Assembly (NCBI RefSeq): GCF_963506605.1
Contig: NC_083276.1
Coordinates: 50,096,001-50,160,000, forward strand
Reading direction: 5' to 3'
Length of the DNA stretch: 64,000 bases
Source: Zootoca vivipara
Taxonomy: Eukaryota
The notes under the pieces are model-generated. The model made no database searches and was not told the origin of the DNA. It saw only the letters and a list, made by a program, of their open reading frames with translations. The translations under genes and the position numbers were made by a program. The first letter of the stretch is position 1; every line of letters starts with the position of its first letter. Shown here one piece after another: positions 1 to 10,039 of this stretch.

Positions 1-133
1 GCTTTGTCATGCTGGCCACATGACCTGGAAGCTGTACGCTGGCTCCCTTGGCCAAAAGCGCAAGATGAGTGCCGCAACCCCAGAGTTGGTCACGACCGGA
101 CCTAATGGTCAGGTGTCCCTTTACCTTTACCTT
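1..133 (+). mobile_element. Sauria SINE (Squam1-type) 3' portion, cut by the window edge
   Basis: Reverse complement matches the body of the copy at 17699-18030; ends in an (ACCTTT)n tail at ~118-133. Confidence 0.8.
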
Positions 134-339
134 TTAAGACACCTCTCATCCTGCAATGATCACTGCTACCGGTCATGCTGCCAAACTGAATTCTGTTCTA
201 TACTCAGGAACCTCTTGCTCAACTTGCACCACCTTGAGTGCTAGCTAATTAATAACCAGACAAGACAGTCTTGTTGGTTTCTTTGTTTCAGAGTAGCTTT
301 AACTTGTGTTGTCATTTGAAGCCTTTTTCTTCGATGAAC

Positions 340-685
340 CTTGTCTCCACCCCCACCGTTCAGCCCGGACACTGAGATCCAGCGGCGAGGGCCTTCTGGC
401 GGTTCCCTCATTGCGAGAAGTGAGGTTACAGGAAACCAGAGAGAGGGCCTTCTCGGTAGCAGCACCCTCCCTGTGGAACGCCCTTCCATCAGATGTCAAG
501 GAAATAAGCAGCTATCCTAATTTTAAAAGACATCTGAAGGCAGCCCTGTTTAGGGAAGCTTTTAATATTTAATGCTGTATTGTTTTAATATTCAATTGGG
601 AGCCGCCCAGAGTGGCTGGGGAGACTCAGCCAGATGGGCGGGGTATAAATAATATATTATTATTACTACTATTATTATTATTAAT
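340..685 (+). mobile_element. L2-clade LINE 3' end
   Basis: Encodes RT C-terminal RTLRSS...RAFSVAAPSLWNALP...FKRHLKAALF; 3' UTR gggagccgcccagagtggctgggg...gggcggggtataaat then a (TTA)n tail; near-identical copy at 33720-34010. Confidence 0.85.
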
Positions 686-848
686 AGTTTTTATGTGTTT
701 TTGAAGAATGGCTTTTCGTTTGAGCTCCTGGACCTGTTAACCTTGGCTGCACATTAGAGATGGGCCTTTCCTCACACACAGGGTGCCATATTATGAAAGA
801 TTATCAAAGTCCACCCCTGCCCCTCTCCTAAGGAAAGGTACATAGTAC

Positions 849-1616
849 CAGTGCTATTTTTCTAGAAAAAAAGTGGTGCAGGAGCTTACCATGAACTTCT
901 CCCTTGTTCTCTTAGAATGGCAATTATTATAAATTAATTTGGAGATGGTATTTAGCACTAGTCAGATTAAATCAAATAAACAAGGAATATTTGGTGTTAT
1001 GTTGGAGGGGATGCCAGGAAACCGGGAATTATGTTCACATGTGGTGGGGGTGTAAATATGTAAAAAATAATAATTGGAAAAGGTGTTTAAGGAGATAACA
1101 GAAATCACTGGGTTAAAGCTGACCAAAAGTCCAGAGGTAGCATTATTATCAATTTACGATGGGGTAGAAGGTTCAAAAGCTATGAAGGACTTGCTCACAA
1201 ATTTATTGACAGCTGCACAAATTATTATAGTTAGGAAGTGGAAGTGGCAAGCAGAATATAAAACAGAAGAATGGTATAAAGAGGTGTGGGATATAGCTAT
1301 TAATGATAAATTAACATGTGTCATTAAGGTAAGACAGGGAATATGCAGGAGAAATGATTTTGAGGAGATATGGAGGGTGTTTGTAGAATTTGTACTGTTA
1401 AAACAGAAAGGGGTCAAACCATCATAAGAGGTGTTTAAATTTTGGGAGGTTGGATAGTTGTAATGGAATGGTCTCGGTGGTGTGTACATCTTTATTCTTA
1501 TTCATTTATGATTATTACTTTGTAAAAAAAATAAAAGAGAAGAATGGCAATGGTACCCACCTGAGAGGTGCCGGAGCTGAGCTCTGATGAGCTCTGGTTG
1601 GGAAAAAAAAGCCCTG
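849..1616. mobile_element. hAT-type MITE interrupted by an L1 fragment
   Basis: 8-bp TSD CATAGTAC at 841-848 and 1617-1624; imperfect TIRs CAGTGCTATTTTT / AAAAAGCCCTG. Confidence 0.75.
925..1540 (+). mobile_element. 5'-truncated L1-clade LINE (ORF2 C-terminus plus A-rich tail)
   Basis: Degenerate zinc-knuckle region (H.WWGCKYV), ORF 1074-1427, A-rich tail, TSD AGAATGGCAAT at 914-924 and 1541-1551. Confidence 0.75.
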
Positions 1617-1811
1617 CATAGTACCAAGGCTGGACAAGTTATTTTGGCACCTGAATCAGAAAATCCCACAAGCACTGTTTCCCAGCAGAAAAAAAATACT
1701 GTACGCTATTACTATAACTAACAAGTTGCTTGTTCTCTGTGATGTCCAAAATCAGCTGCCACCTCGCTCTGACTTTTACCTAGCACTTTAAATATGCTTT
1801 CTATGGACTCG

Positions 1812-2040
1812 TCTGCACTAAACATTTAAAGCAGTATTATACCACTTTAAACAGTCATGGCTTCCCAACCACCCCTGCCCAATAATTCTGGAGGCTGTAA
1901 TTTGTCAAAGGTGGGGCATGGGGGTCTCCTGACCTAACAAATCTCAGTACCCTTAACAAACTACATTTCCCAGGAGTCTTTGTGGAAAGCGGGGACGGTT
2001 TAAAGTGGTGTGTTACTGCCATAAATGCATACTGTAGATG
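1812..2040. repeat. Degenerate palindromic non-autonomous DNA element
   Basis: Inverted ends tctgcactaaacatttaaagcagtattataccacttta / taaagtggtgtgttactgccataaatgcatactgtaga; related copies near 49730-49930 and 50430-50590. Confidence 0.55.
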
Positions 2041-3159
2041 GGGCCCAGTATGCAGCCCCGGAAGGCAGGTCCCTTGTTATTTCTATGTTATAAAGAAAGG
2101 AACTGAGGTTGAGAGGTGTGAAGCTTGCCAAAGGTCAATGTTCATGGTGGAAAAGGAACTTGTACTCTGATCCAAATTCAGTGCTCTGCACTGGCTCTCA
2201 CAGAGTTGTAGAAGATGCCGAAATGCAAAGTCTAAGTTTGCATACAAAGCGGCTTCTTCCCCCCACCAAAAATGGCACACTTTCAGTTTTAGCAATCTCC
2301 CTACCACCACCTACATCAATAAGAGCCATAAATTTAAACAAAAAGAGCCCACCAGAACATTCTAATTCCTTTAAAAATATGAAGGGAGTGTTGTATAAGA
2401 CATAAGACAAGTGAAGGAGCTAAATGGTGGACCCAAGAGTGAAATTAGATATTATGTAATTTACATCTCCAGTCCTTGCTGGCTGATTCCCCCTTGCCCC
2501 AATAAGTAACCAGTACAGAATGGGACTGTGATATGAAAAGATAGTTTTCTTTATCTTCAGATGAACACTTTCAGCATTTCTATTGTTATTTTTTATTGCA
2601 TTTCTTGTTTTATAATTATATTTTTATTTTTATTCTACCGTAAAGTGATTTAGGACGCCTTTTGAATGTTGTGAAATGATACATAAATATAATAAACAAA
2701 ACTAAAACTAAGCTTTGCCCTGCCTCAGGCTTGATCTAAATCAGAAAAGGGCACACCTGCAATTTGTAATAAACAAAAGTATTATTTTCTGGTGAAGTCA
2801 GATATTGCCACAGTAACAAATGGGTTCATTACTTCCCTGCTGAAAAATGGTCAGAAACCTCTGCTGGCACAAGAATGCAATAGGTAGGATGCTGATGGGA
2901 CCACATTTTTGATCTCCATGTTACATCTGAATTGTGTCAAGTTTGTTGGCTTCCCAACTTGTTTCCAGATCCATTTGAAAGTGCTAGCTTTGGCCTTTAA
3001 ATATCTAAATGGTTTAGGACACAGACTGTGCTTTATTGATTATTGCTGTGTTTTGATTGTGTGCAGCTTTAGAACTTTGAAAATGCTGTGAAACTGAAAG
3101 GTATGAATAAAAAAAATCCTAAGCTACATTTCCCAGCTCTATCTTGTAAAACAAATATA

Positions 3160-3347
3160 CAGTGGTACCTCAGTTTACAAACAAAATTGGTTCCGGAAGT
3201 CTGTACTTAACCTGAACCGTACTTAACCTGAAGCGAACTTTCCCATTGAAAGTAATGGAAAGTGGATTAATCCGTTCCAGACAGGTCCGCGGAGTACTTA
3301 AACTGAAAATACTCAAACCGAGGCGTACTTAAACCGAGGTATGACTG
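3160..3347. mobile_element. Tc1/mariner (Tigger-like) MITE
   Basis: TA|CAGTGGTACCTC...GAGGTATGACTG|TA: TIRs flanked by a TA TSD. Confidence 0.8.
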
Positions 3348-3543
3348 TAACAGACATAATTTAAACCAACCCTCTACTGTTCTACAGCCCCCTCCAGAAT
3401 TTCCTAAGATTTCATAGGAAAACAGATGCACAGTTTACAGGGCTCATGTGACTTAGCTAAAACTCCATGAGGAATTGAAAGTATCAAGAACAGAAAGTAG
3501 GAGAGAAAGGCTCAAGAAGTGAGTAGGAAGTAGTGGTGGTAAG

Positions 3544-3893
3544 TGTTGTGACGTGGGGTTTGTGATTTCAGCTCTCTTGACAAAACATGCTGGAGACAGT
3601 TCTCTAGTAACAGCTCTTTATTAAAGTGAACAAGACTGACTGTGAGGGCAGGAAGGCTACATTTATAGGGACAGGGGACTGGCTAGGAAGGGATACATTT
3701 TGGAGGGAACAATATCAGGCAATCACAGTGCTGCCTTTTGGAGGGAACCAATAAGACAGAGGATCCAAATACAGCAGCTTAAATGAACCAATAGTAGCTG
3801 TACCCTCTGGAACCAAAAGGCAGTTACTTTATCCTAATGCAAATACAGACAATAATAATACAGATATAAAATCCTTTGACTCAATACACAACA
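3544..3893 (-). repeat. 3' LTR of the Gypsy element
   Basis: Direct repeat of 8109-8458; no mismatch seen on manual comparison. Confidence 0.97.
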
Positions 3894-3904
3894 CCCCTCC
3901 CCCC
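3894..3904 (-). other. Polypurine tract (GGGGGGAGGGG)
   Basis: All-purine run on the minus strand between the ORF stop codon and the 3' LTR. Confidence 0.9.
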
Positions 3905-6900
3905 CTAGTGAGCACAGCAGACGTAATCCCTCAGGTACTGTGGGGTCCTACAACTTCTACCTGATCTCCTGACAACAGGTGTTGCAGGTTCTGGATTGGG
4001 TGTTACCTGTGGTGGAGGGGCTGCTATAGGGGTTTCGTCAGGAACAGATGGAGTCCCAGACATCTCAGGGTCCCCTACCTGTACCTCGTCATCCTGAGGA
4101 TTAGCAGACCCTGGTTCATTTGCTGAAGCCCCTGGTGACTGCACCTCTGGGCCATCTTCACTCTGGTCTTGCAGCTGTGCGTCATTAGCCAGGGATGAAT
4201 TATCTGACTCCTCCCTGCTGAGCGCCCGGCGCCTCAGCTGATCTATATGTCTCTTCCAAACTTGCCCATTTTCCAAGGTCACATAATAGGACACAGGTCC
4301 ACTAGCCCGGGTGATCACACCGGCCACCCACCGCGGACCTCGTGAATAGTTCCTCACCCAGACCAGATCTTCAGGGGCGAGATACCTTGTTGTGTCAGTC
4401 TCAGCCTGGGGGGTTGCTCTTGAATTACGGTTTGGCATTTTATCTGGGTGGACATAATCCAGCACCGTTACCAGTCTTCTACCTAAGAGCAGCTCGGCTG
4501 GCGACTTGCCCGTCGCAGTACACGGCGTCGCATGCTGCAAAAATAACATTCGCGCAATGCGAGCCGACCAGTTACCCTCCATTAAGCGCGCAATGGATTC
4601 TTTGGCTGTTCGTACCATGCGCTCAGCCTGCCCATTGGAGGATGGGTGAAAGGGCGCGGATGTGACCCCTCTTATGAAGTTATCAGCCAAGAATGCCCTG
4701 AATTCTTGGGATACAAAAGCTGCCCCATTATCTGATACAATGGTCTCAGGTAACCCGTGGGTTGCAAACAGCTGCCTCAACACCTTGATTACGGCAGCTG
4801 ATGCCATGCTAGGGACCATCGCCACTTCTAACCATTTGGAATATGCATCAACGATAACCAAAAAGACCTTCCCTTGGAATGGCCCAGCAAAATCTATGTG
4901 CAGCCGGCTCCAGGGAGCCCTGGACTGCTCCCACCAGTGGACTGGTGCTCTGGCCACTTCTGGCCGCACCTCTTGGCATGCCTTGCATGTTCGTACCCAT
5001 TGTTCTATGTTCTGGTCCATTCCAGGCCACCACACATAACACCGGGCTAGCGACTTCATCCTGACCATTCCTGGGTGTCCCATGTGAAGCGTCTCAAGAA
5101 CCCTGTTTCTCAGTGGTGCTGGGATGATCACCCTATCTCCCCATAGGAGACAACCCTTATGCATGGACAATTCGTGCTGCCTTGTCGCATAAGGCCTGAA
5201 TTTTTCTTCATGCGGACCACCTGGCCACCCCCTCCCCACCCAAGTGAGCACACGGGAGAGAACAGCATCTTTCCTCGTTTTCTCAGCTATATCAGTAGCT
5301 GTTACAGGAGCCCCCGGAAGTGTTTCTAGCATCATAATGTGCTCCGCCGGAGCAGGATCCTCATTGCTCCCGCCAGGAAGGGGCAATCGACTCAGCGCAT
5401 CAGCGTGGCACAACTGTTTCCCCGGCACATGGGTCAAGGTGTACTGGAACCCATTCAGGAATATTGACCAACGCAACATTCTGGGGGAGAGAATTTGTGG
5501 CGTTTGTTTGTTTGGGTTGAACAACCCTAACAGTGGTTTGTGGTCCGTTTCAATGGAGAAATGGCGACCGTACAAATAATCATAGAACTTTTTGATTCCT
5601 GACACAATTGCTAGTGCCTCTTTATCAATTTGAGCATAGTTGCGCTCCGTGGGTGACAACGTACGGGAATAGAAAGAGATGGGCTTTTCCGACCCATCCG
5701 GTTCCCTATGACTCAGCACAGCCCCCAGGCCGTATTGAGAGGCATCACATGCCAGGACCAGCGGCTTCGACTCATCATAATGAGCAAGGACGCTCCTGCT
5801 ACTCAGCATTTCTCGCAAGGAGTCAAAAGCCTTCTGCTGCTCCCGCCCCCATCGCCACACAGTCTTTTTATGCAAAAGTCTATGTAATGGTTCAGCTACC
5901 GAAGCTTTCTGGGGTAAGAATGAATGATAAAAGTTGATAAGTCCCAGGAATGACTGCAACTCCGTCTTGTTCTGTGGTCGTGGTGCCTCGATGATGGCCT
6001 TAATCTTAGCATCTGTGGGGTGGATGCCTGATGCATCAATTTTAAACCCCAAGAAATCCACAGTTGGCACCCCAAAACTGCATTTTTCTTTTTTCAGTTG
6101 CAACCCCACCTCCTTGAACTTGAGCAACACTGCACGGACACGCGCAACCAGTTCCTGTGGGTCTTTTCCAGCAATCAAAACGTCATCAAAAAATGGCAAG
6201 ACCCCCGGCAGACCCCTTAACAGGCGTTCCATGAGCCCTTGAAAAATCCCTGGGGCCACACAAACTCCGAACTGTAATCTGTTAACTCTGAACGCCCCTT
6301 TATGTGTGACAATAGTCTGTGCTTCCGCTGATTGTGGGGTTACTGGCAGCTGTTGGTAAGCTTGTGCCAGGTCAATTTTGGCGAACACCTTGCCCCCAGC
6401 CAGTTTAGCCAACAGATGTGATACGACTGGAATGGGGTATGAGTTTCCCCTGAGTGCCTTATTGATAGTACATTTGTAATCTGCACATATCCTGACTTCC
6501 CCATTTGCTTTAAGGGGCGTGACGATTGGAGTCTCCCACTTAGCAGAGTCCACGGGTGAGAGAACTCCCTGCTTGACCAATTTATCCAGCTCTGCCTCGA
6601 TCTTGGGTTGCAGTGCAAATGGCACTCGCCTTGGTTTGAGTCGGATTGGGGCCACCCCGGGGTCCAACTCAAAGTCAACTGGGGGCCCTTTATAACAACC
6701 CAGTTTTCCATTAAAGAGACCAGCAAATTCCTTGCATAATGCCTCGCTCATCTCAGGGCAGGTTTGGATTGAATTAAGCCCTGAGATACTCAGTCCCAGG
6801 GCGGGGAACCAGTCAGTGCCCAGGAGACTGGGGCGACTGCCCTTCGCAATCACCAGTTTGAGTACAGCCTGTTTGTCCCGGAACTGTACTCTCACGGCAC

Positions 6901-7981
6901 ACATTCCCATAACATGGATGCGGCCTGCTGAGTACGACTGCAAGGTTGCCGGGAAGGGCTCCAGAGGGGGCAACTTACCCCTGGGGAAGAATGTCTTCGC
7001 AGTCTGGTCCGACACGATGGTGAATGCAGATCCGGAGTCCACCTCCATGTCGCACTGCTGACCCTCAATCTTCACCTTGACGTGTGCCTTGCCTTGCGCT
7101 GGAAACTGCACGGCCCTCCCGTTGATCTCCGTTACGTAGTGGCAGTCCTTTAGAAAACGAGGTGCTGTGGGTGGTCTGCGATGCTCCAGTCTAGGTGCTC
7201 CTGTCGCTCCCGACGCCGCCGATCTACAGACCCTGGCGATGTGACCCGTCTTTCCGCACGTCCGGCACATAGCATCCCTGAAACGACAACTCTTCCGCTC
7301 ATGGTTTCCGCCACAACCTGGGCAACTGCCTCGGCGATCTTTGTGCACTGTGCAGGCCTGACGCACCAACTCAACCCCACGGACTGGGCTCTGGCTCGGA
7401 GTAGCCTCTAGCTCATCCATGGCATGCGCAACTTCTATCTGTGGCTTAGTGGCCTTGCGACTGGCATCAAGCTCCTCTCTTTCATAATTCTCCGTGGCGG
7501 TGGCCTCCTTCAAGGCTGAAGCAAGGGTAACCTCTTCTTTAGCCACGATGCGTCTTCTGGCTTTCTTGCTGCTCAGACCACCAATAAACCGATCCAGGAG
7601 AGTCTCTTCCAGATTTTGGAAGCCGCAGTGCTGAGCGAGCTTCCGGAGTTCAGCCAGAAATGCGGATACAGACTCCCCAGCATGCTGCTGCCTCTTATGG
7701 AACTCCATCCGCCGGGCCATCTTGGTCTCAGTAGGCGCCAAGTGGCTTGTTAGGCAGGCAAGAATATCTTTGAGAGATGTCTCACTCAGCTTCGCTGGAG
7801 CAAGTAATGCCTTGGCCAGCTTGAAGGTCTCGGGCCCACAGTAGCTCAGGAATGTGGCCCTTCTTTTGCTGGCATCGGTGATCCCTTGAGCCACTGCAAA
7901 GAACTCGAAGCGTTCGACGTAGTCTTCCCAGGTGTGGGGCTCTGATGGCTGGAAGGGCTCCAATACCCTTGGACTCTCCAT
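3905..7981 (-). CDS. Gag-Pol polyprotein, 1358 aa, single reading frame
   Basis: Gag with two zinc knuckles (CPGCGGNHERKSC, CRTCGKTGHIARVC); protease VDSGS; RT (FAKIDLAQAYQQL, LQFG, FFDD); RNase H (CDAS, EALAI, TDHKPL, ADALSR); integrase (HMGH...CKAC, HIDFAGP, SDNG, GQAER). Confidence 0.97.
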   Translation of the reverse strand: MESPRVLEPFQPSEPHTWEDYVERFEFFAVAQGITDASKRRATFLSYCGPETFKLAKALLAPAKLSETSLKDILACLTSHLAPTETKMARRMEFHKRQQHAGESVSAFLAELRKLAQHCGFQNLEETLLDRFIGGLSSKKARRRIVAKEEVTLASALKEATATENYEREELDASRKATKPQIEVAHAMDELEATPSQSPVRGVELVRQACTVHKDRRGSCPGCGGNHERKSCRFRDAMCRTCGKTGHIARVCRSAASGATGAPRLEHRRPPTAPRFLKDCHYVTEINGRAVQFPAQGKAHVKVKIEGQQCDMEVDSGSAFTIVSDQTAKTFFPRGKLPPLEPFPATLQSYSAGRIHVMGMCAVRVQFRDKQAVLKLVIAKGSRPSLLGTDWFPALGLSISGLNSIQTCPEMSEALCKEFAGLFNGKLGCYKGPPVDFELDPGVAPIRLKPRRVPFALQPKIEAELDKLVKQGVLSPVDSAKWETPIVTPLKANGEVRICADYKCTINKALRGNSYPIPVVSHLLAKLAGGKVFAKIDLAQAYQQLPVTPQSAEAQTIVTHKGAFRVNRLQFGVCVAPGIFQGLMERLLRGLPGVLPFFDDVLIAGKDPQELVARVRAVLLKFKEVGLQLKKEKCSFGVPTVDFLGFKIDASGIHPTDAKIKAIIEAPRPQNKTELQSFLGLINFYHSFLPQKASVAEPLHRLLHKKTVWRWGREQQKAFDSLREMLSSRSVLAHYDESKPLVLACDASQYGLGAVLSHREPDGSEKPISFYSRTLSPTERNYAQIDKEALAIVSGIKKFYDYLYGRHFSIETDHKPLLGLFNPNKQTPQILSPRMLRWSIFLNGFQYTLTHVPGKQLCHADALSRLPLPGGSNEDPAPAEHIMMLETLPGAPVTATDIAEKTRKDAVLSRVLTWVGRGWPGGPHEEKFRPYATRQHELSMHKGCLLWGDRVIIPAPLRNRVLETLHMGHPGMVRMKSLARCYVWWPGMDQNIEQWVRTCKACQEVRPEVARAPVHWWEQSRAPWSRLHIDFAGPFQGKVFLVIVDAYSKWLEVAMVPSMASAAVIKVLRQLFATHGLPETIVSDNGAAFVSQEFRAFLADNFIRGVTSAPFHPSSNGQAERMVRTAKESIARLMEGNWSARIARMLFLQHATPCTATGKSPAELLLGRRLVTVLDYVHPDKMPNRNSRATPQAETDTTRYLAPEDLVWVRNYSRGPRWVAGVITRASGPVSYYVTLENGQVWKRHIDQLRRRALSREESDNSSLANDAQLQDQSEDGPEVQSPGASANEPGSANPQDDEVQVGDPEMSGTPSVPDETPIAAPPPQVTPNPEPATPVVRRSGRSCRTPQYLRDYVCCAH

Positions 7982-8088
7982 TGTCCTAGCGGGCAGGGTC
8001 GTCTTCTCAGCTGGCCAGTGAGTCTTGTTCTCAGCTGCAATCCGGACTCTGAGGCAGGGTTGTGTTTAACCGCTCCTCAGCATTCCGG

Positions 8089-8106
8089 ATCCCATCCTCG
8101 TCGCCA
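8089..8106 (-). other. Primer-binding site complementary to the 3' end of tRNA-Ser(GCT)
   Basis: TGGCGACGAGGATGGGAT lies 2 nt inside the 5' LTR; its complement ATCCCATCCTCGTCGCCA equals the recalled vertebrate tRNA-Ser(GCT) 3' end plus CCA. Confidence 0.9.
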
Positions 8107-8108
8107 GT

Positions 8109-8458
8109 TGTTGTGACGTGGGGTTTGTGATTTCAGCTCTCTTGACAAAACATGCTGGAGACAGTTCTCTAGTAACAGCTCTTTATTAAAGTGAACAAGA
8201 CTGACTGTGAGGGCAGGAAGGCTACATTTATAGGGACAGGGGACTGGCTAGGAAGGGATACATTTTGGAGGGAACAATATCAGGCAATCACAGTGCTGCC
8301 TTTTGGAGGGAACCAATAAGACAGAGGATCCAAATACAGCAGCTTAAATGAACCAATAGTAGCTGTACCCTCTGGAACCAAAAGGCAGTTACTTTATCCT
8401 AATGCAAATACAGACAATAATAATACAGATATAAAATCCTTTGACTCAATACACAACA
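8109..8458 (-). repeat. 5' LTR with TATA box (8226-8232) and AATAAA (8182-8187)
   Basis: Direct repeat of 3544-3893; TATAAAT then AATAAA on the minus strand; inverted CCAAT boxes upstream. Confidence 0.95.
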
Positions 8459-9265
8459 GTAAGAATGACCCATATTATATCATCTGATGAGTGAGAAACA
8501 GTATGATTCTACCGTCCTGATGGCTTTCCAGCACCAATGGGGAACAGAAAGACCTTTATTTTTACATTCAGACCACAAAACACTGATACACAAAGGACCC
8601 TCCCATTTTAAAACTGCGAACAGAATGCTAATGAATTTTCTTACAAATAATTGTCATCATGACCTTATATATGTTACCATTTTATTTTTTAAAAGTTAAT
8701 TCTTTTTAAGGTATGAAAGGATCAATGACAGAAAAATAATAACCCTTTTCTGGTTTTCCAACCCTACAGGGAACATTGTTAAAGGGAAAGGACGAAATAC
8801 TGTACAGCTTGAGCATGCCTATCTTTATTACAATAATGGTTAATAAACAAAGCTGCATATTACATGCATCCTATTATATGCACTAAGGAATATCACAATA
8901 AGATGTCCACACCTATGTCATTAATGATATCAGCAATTTATTTCATTTATATCTCAGGCCGTAGATTTCAGAGCAACTCAAGCAGCACATTGAAAGACGT
9001 TGTAGGACAGTGATCTGATGCAGACTTCATTGGGAGCAGCAGCAACTATTAGTGGATTCAGTGGGACTTATTTCCAAGTAAATCCACGCTTATCTACAGA
9101 ATGAATATATTAGTTTTATAGCACTTTTACAGCCATGGAATTGTCTGAGCAATCCTAGTGACTGTAGTATGGTAAGAATGATTGCAATTATTTTAGAAAT
9201 TCCTGGTCCACACTCTCCATTACAGAAGTACATGCCTTTGGGGGAAAGAAACAAGGAATCAGATT

Positions 9266-9431
9266 TTAAAAAATTCATTCAGTAGCACCTTAAAGACCAA
9301 CTAAGTTTTAATTTTGGTATGAGCTTTTGTGTGCATGCATACCAAAATAAAAACTTAGTTGGTCTTTAAGGTGCTACTGAAGGAATTTTTTTATTTTGTT
9401 TCGACTCAGACCAACACGGCTACCTACCTGT
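9266..9431. mobile_element. Penelope-like element terminal remnant forming an inverted repeat
   Basis: ~44-bp inverted arms (9278-9321, 9338-9381); 16-bp TSD AACAAGGAATCAGATT (9250-9265, 9432-9447); sequence resembles squamate Penelope pLTR ends. Confidence 0.65.
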
Positions 9432-9851
9432 AACAAGGAATCAGATTAAGACTGCAGATACCTGAGAGGAAGCCCTATTGAATATGATGGGGCTTACTTT
9501 AAACTGTATATATTTCCACTGCACATTTTTTAGTAAAGATTCACCTGTTGGGTTTAAACCCCTTTGTTTTCTGGGAAACAGCTGTTGTGCATACTTGACC
9601 TAAGTAACTGCTAGGGAAGTCTTGTTTTCTACACAGCTAGTGTAACCACTGCCATTGCAGGTGCTGTGTGGAATGTGGCTGCATGAATGTCAGGAAAGGA
9701 GATGTACTTTAAAAGAAGACAATTTAGAGGCTAAGTGTTTCTCTACACTATGTACAGTGCACGAAAACTTATTATGTAACGAACTGAGTGATAAACATCA
9801 GCAAATTTGCTTTCTCATCTGTTGCAACATTCTCTCGGTTTGAGAGCATTT

Positions 9852-9867
9852 TAGATAGATGATAGAT

Positions 9868-9914
<47 letters not shown>

Positions 9915-9930
9915 GATAGATAGATAGATG
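9852..9930. repeat. (AGAT)n microsatellite
   Basis: Directly visible. Confidence 0.95.
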
Positions 9931-10039
9931 ACATAAAATGAACTGTGTGTTCCCGTTTCCAGCACTGGGCTACATTTCTCTCCAGATTCTGGTGGTGGTG
10001 GTGGTGGTGGTTGAACAAGGGTGTGCTTATTTCATCAAT

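Larger units (their letters stand above)
3544..8458 (-). mobile_element. Full-length Ty3/Gypsy LTR retrotransposon (Mag-like), 4915 bp
   Basis: Two 350-bp TGT...ACA LTRs, 5-bp TSD GTAAG (3539-3543, 8459-8463), PBS, PPT, intact gag-pol with domain order PR-RT-RH-IN. Confidence 0.97.

Noticed and set aside
4342-7411. Several plus-strand ORFs of 100-125 aa antisense to gag-pol
   Set aside because: Expected shadow ORFs of a GC-rich coding region; no recognisable motifs, and many start at non-ATG codons
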